DNA of 64,000 nucleotides from Calditrichia bacterium (GTDB lineage Bacteria; Calditrichota; Calditrichia; RBG-13-44-9; J075): NCBI GenBank assembly GCA_050633245.1, contig JBOEGD010000002.1, positions 151,006 to 215,005 of the forward strand, read 5' to 3'. Shown piece by piece: positions 61,400 to 64,000 of this stretch (position 1 is its first letter; each line of letters starts with the position of its first letter). The notes under the pieces were generated by a model. It saw only the letters and a program-made list of their open reading frames with translations, ran no database searches and was not told where the DNA came from. The position numbers and the translations under genes were made by a program.

Positions 61400-63196
61400 A
61401 TGCGAAGCACAGCCCGCCCCAGGATCGCAGTTACCCTTTTGATATTTGCAGCCGGATGGCTTCTTTCCCGGGAAAGTGCCGATTCCCTGCAGAAAGTTCC
61501 TCTGGAACCTGCGCTAATCGCTCCCTATTCTTCGGTAATCACTGCCGCGAATGGCTCGATGTGGGTTCGCAATGACGGCAAGTCTGCCAATTCTCCAACG
61601 AATCGCTCTGGAATAAGATTTCCGGCGGACGTTGCCGGAACGGTTTATCAGGACGGGATTGTTTGGGGCGGAAACGTTCTTGATGGACAATCACCAGATC
61701 TGCGGGTCGGCGGGCAAACGCATCGAATTGGAACGCAGCCGGGAAACATCGTGTCCTCAGGTGTCGCAGCTACGGGACCGGATTCGCTCTACCGTGTCTA
61801 TCGCATTCGCCCAGACTGGCAAAACCTTGACCCTCTAACACTGTTAATGGAAGCTGCAACCGTAAATGAGATTGATACTTCGCAGGTAACGGCTCAGCAG
61901 ATTCAGGAAGTCTCACAGCAATATCAGCAGGACTGGGATGAATGGCCGGTTAACCTCGGTGCACCCTTTGTTGACGTCAATCAGAATGGCAGTTGGGATC
62001 CGGGGATAGACGAGCCAGGCATTCCCAATGCGGATCAAACCATCTGGTTCGTCTGTAATGATCTCGATACCCTTCGCACAAAGTTTTTGTATGGTTCCCG
62101 ACCTGTTGGTCTGGAAATGCAAACGACCGTTTGGTCATTCGATCGACCGGGGGTTATAGCAGATGCCGTTTTCAAGCGCTATCGATTGATTTACAAGGGG
62201 GCATTGCCCACAACGCCTGCAACAGCACGCATAGAAAATATGTACTTAAGCCAATGGTCGGACGCTGATATTGGAAACTATATCGATGATGTCGTTGGTT
62301 GCGATACAACCCGCGATCTGGCCTTTGCCTATAATGGAACGCCCTCTGATACTGAATTTATGAACACGCCACCAGCATATGGCTATCAGCTACTTCAGGG
62401 ACCCATCATGCCCAGCAGCGGGGATACTGCAGACTTCGACTTTCGTCGATTGTTGAATTTTCGCAATGTTCGTATGAGCTCTTTTGTTTACACCGCCCTC
62501 GGCAGTTCTATTCCACAGCCAAATCTCGGTACGTACGACGGCACAATCCAATGGTATAAGCAACTACAGGGGCTGCAAGCAAATCTGAACGATACGCCCT
62601 ATATCGCAGGGTCGGGGCCAAACAGCGGCCAAGCGACGGTTTTCCCGCTTAGCGGAGACCCGGAAACCGGGACTGGCGATGTCGATGCTCTGGGTAACAA
62701 CCTTCCCTCGGGAGATCGGATAATGGCCTTAAATGCAGGGCCATTTAACATGGCGCTAAATGATACGCAGGAAGTTATTATCGCAGCGCTGGGAAATCGT
62801 GGAGATGATTACCTTAAAAGCGTTACCGTACTGGATTCAACAGCTGACTTCTTAAAGACTGCATACGAATCCGGTTTCGATATTCTCACGGGCATTTCCA
62901 AACCATCGCAACGTTTAACAACTTTTAAGCTGAGCCAGAATTATCCGAATCCATTTAATCCTGAAACGACAATCAGCTATGAGCTTAAGCAGACATCACG
63001 CGTAACGCTAAACGTCTACAATTTACTGGGTCAAAAAGTAGCAGCGCTGGTTAAACAACAGCAAACCGCCGGACGTTATACCACCCGCTGGAATGGCAAA
63101 AACGCTGCGGGTGAACAAGTTGCCAGCGGCCTGTACCTCTATCGTTTAAGCACCGAACTGGGAGCTGAAACGCGTAAAATGATGCTATTAAAATAA
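61400..63196 (+). CDS. Secreted protein of unknown function with C-terminal FlgD-Ig/sorting-type domain
   Basis: Signal peptide; QNYPNPFNPETT...WNGKN...ASGLYLYRL tail; GGAG RBS. Confidence 0.8.
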   Translation: MRSTARPRIAVTLLIFAAGWLLSRESADSLQKVPLEPALIAPYSSVITAANGSMWVRNDGKSANSPTNRSGIRFPADVAGTVYQDGIVWGGNVLDGQSPDLRVGGQTHRIGTQPGNIVSSGVAATGPDSLYRVYRIRPDWQNLDPLTLLMEAATVNEIDTSQVTAQQIQEVSQQYQQDWDEWPVNLGAPFVDVNQNGSWDPGIDEPGIPNADQTIWFVCNDLDTLRTKFLYGSRPVGLEMQTTVWSFDRPGVIADAVFKRYRLIYKGALPTTPATARIENMYLSQWSDADIGNYIDDVVGCDTTRDLAFAYNGTPSDTEFMNTPPAYGYQLLQGPIMPSSGDTADFDFRRLLNFRNVRMSSFVYTALGSSIPQPNLGTYDGTIQWYKQLQGLQANLNDTPYIAGSGPNSGQATVFPLSGDPETGTGDVDALGNNLPSGDRIMALNAGPFNMALNDTQEVIIAALGNRGDDYLKSVTVLDSTADFLKTAYESGFDILTGISKPSQRLTTFKLSQNYPNPFNPETTISYELKQTSRVTLNVYNLLGQKVAALVKQQQTAGRYTTRWNGKNAAGEQVASGLYLYRLSTELGAETRKMMLLK

Positions 63197-63231
63197 TTTA
63201 ACAAAGCACCGAATATTTTGTGACTTAGCAG

Positions 63232-63260
63232 TTGACAAAAGAGGAAGTAAGTATTACATT
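63232..63260 (+). promoter_or_regulatory. Sigma70 promoter for the tRNA pair
   Basis: TTGACA-N17-TACATT, 18 nt upstream of tRNA-Ala. Confidence 0.75.
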
Positions 63261-63278
63261 TAGCTCCGCTAGTTGAAT

Positions 63279-63351
<73 letters not shown>

Positions 63352-63369
63352 CAAAATTCCACAACGCAA

Positions 63370-63442
63370 GGCGCCGTACCCAAGTGGCTAAGGGGGAGGT
63401 CTGCAAAACCTCTATTCGGCGGTTCGAATCCGCCCGGCGCCT
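63370..63442 (+). tRNA. tRNA-Cys (GCA)
   Basis: GGCGCCG/CGGCGCC acceptor stem, GAGGT-CTGCAAA-ACCTC anticodon arm, GTTCGAATC T-loop, U73 discriminator; CCA not encoded. Confidence 0.97.
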
Positions 63443-63543
63443 CTCATTCCGGACTAAACTTCCCCCACAAAAAAACATCTTTTGAACAACTCACACGATT
63501 CGTATGTTTAGCGCATTCGCGTACTACAGTACACTAAGGCATT

Positions 63544-64000
63544 ATGGAGAATCTCGTGTCACAGAAAGACAATCGAATGCAGGTAAAAGTTGTGGCCATC
63601 TGCGGCAGCCTGCGAAAAGACAGCTACACCAGACGCATTCTTGAAATTGCTTTAAACAGCGCCAGAGAAAATGGGGCCTACACTGAATTAATAGACCTGC
63701 GATCCTACGACCTGGTTTTTTTCGATGAGGATGGAAAAGACGATTATCCCGCAGATGTAGAGCGTTTACGCACAACGGTGAGAAGTGCTCATGGCATTTT
63801 ACTCGGCACGCCCGAATATCATGGCGGCATAAGCGGTGTTTTAAAGAATGCTATTGATCTGATGGGATTTACGGAATTTGAAGGCAAAATGCTGGGACTT
63901 CTCGGCGTTTCCGGTGGGCAACTGGGTGCACTTAATGCCCTAAATAGTCTCCGCACCATTGGCCGGAATTTACACGCCTGGGTACTGCCTCAGCAAATTT
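63544..64000 (+). CDS. NADPH-dependent FMN reductase (flavodoxin-like), partial
   Basis: Not in the ORF track. Hand translation gives ...KVVAICGSLRKDSYT...LGTPEYHGGISGVLKNAIDL..., open to the window end. Confidence 0.9.
   Translation, partial: MENLVSQKDNRMQVKVVAICGSLRKDSYTRRILEIALNSARENGAYTELIDLRSYDLVFFDEDGKDDYPADVERLRTTVRSAHGILLGTPEYHGGISGVLKNAIDLMGFTEFEGKMLGLLGVSGGQLGALNALNSLRTIGRNLHAWVLPQQI

Overview
Bacterial chromosomal window, probably from an FCB-related lineage such as Calditrichota, KSB1 or Ignavibacteria. This is inferred from several secreted proteins ending in the 'NYPNPFNP..T.I.Y.L' sorting-type domain; it was not checked by search. The left 20 kb is one long minus-strand run: parA-parB, M23 peptidase, bactofilin and a complete F1Fo ATP synthase operon (atpZ/I-B-E-F-H-A-G-D-C). 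It is followed directly by two very large TPR proteins, a small GltF/CglF-like protein, a MotA/TolQ/ExbB subunit and two ExbD/TolR subunits, which together resemble the Myxococcus Agl-Glt motor core. The middle holds housekeeping genes (M16 peptidase pair, polA, mutS2, cvpA, yqeY, rpsU, efp, valS, rarA) interspersed with small accessory genes and with intergenic 7-8-mer tandem repeats and REP-like elements. The right 18 kb is accessory and envelope-related: a cytolysin-like (CDC-type) lipoprotein with a seven-repeat FG-GAP propeller, several secreted beta-propeller proteins, and a five-gene cluster (FHA protein, Ser/Thr kinase-PEGA, two TPR+CsgG-like proteins, outer-membrane beta-barrel). The window ends with tRNA-Ala(GGC), tRNA-Cys(GCA) and a partial FMN reductase. 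No CRISPR array, integrase or transposase was seen. All family calls come from motif recognition by eye.
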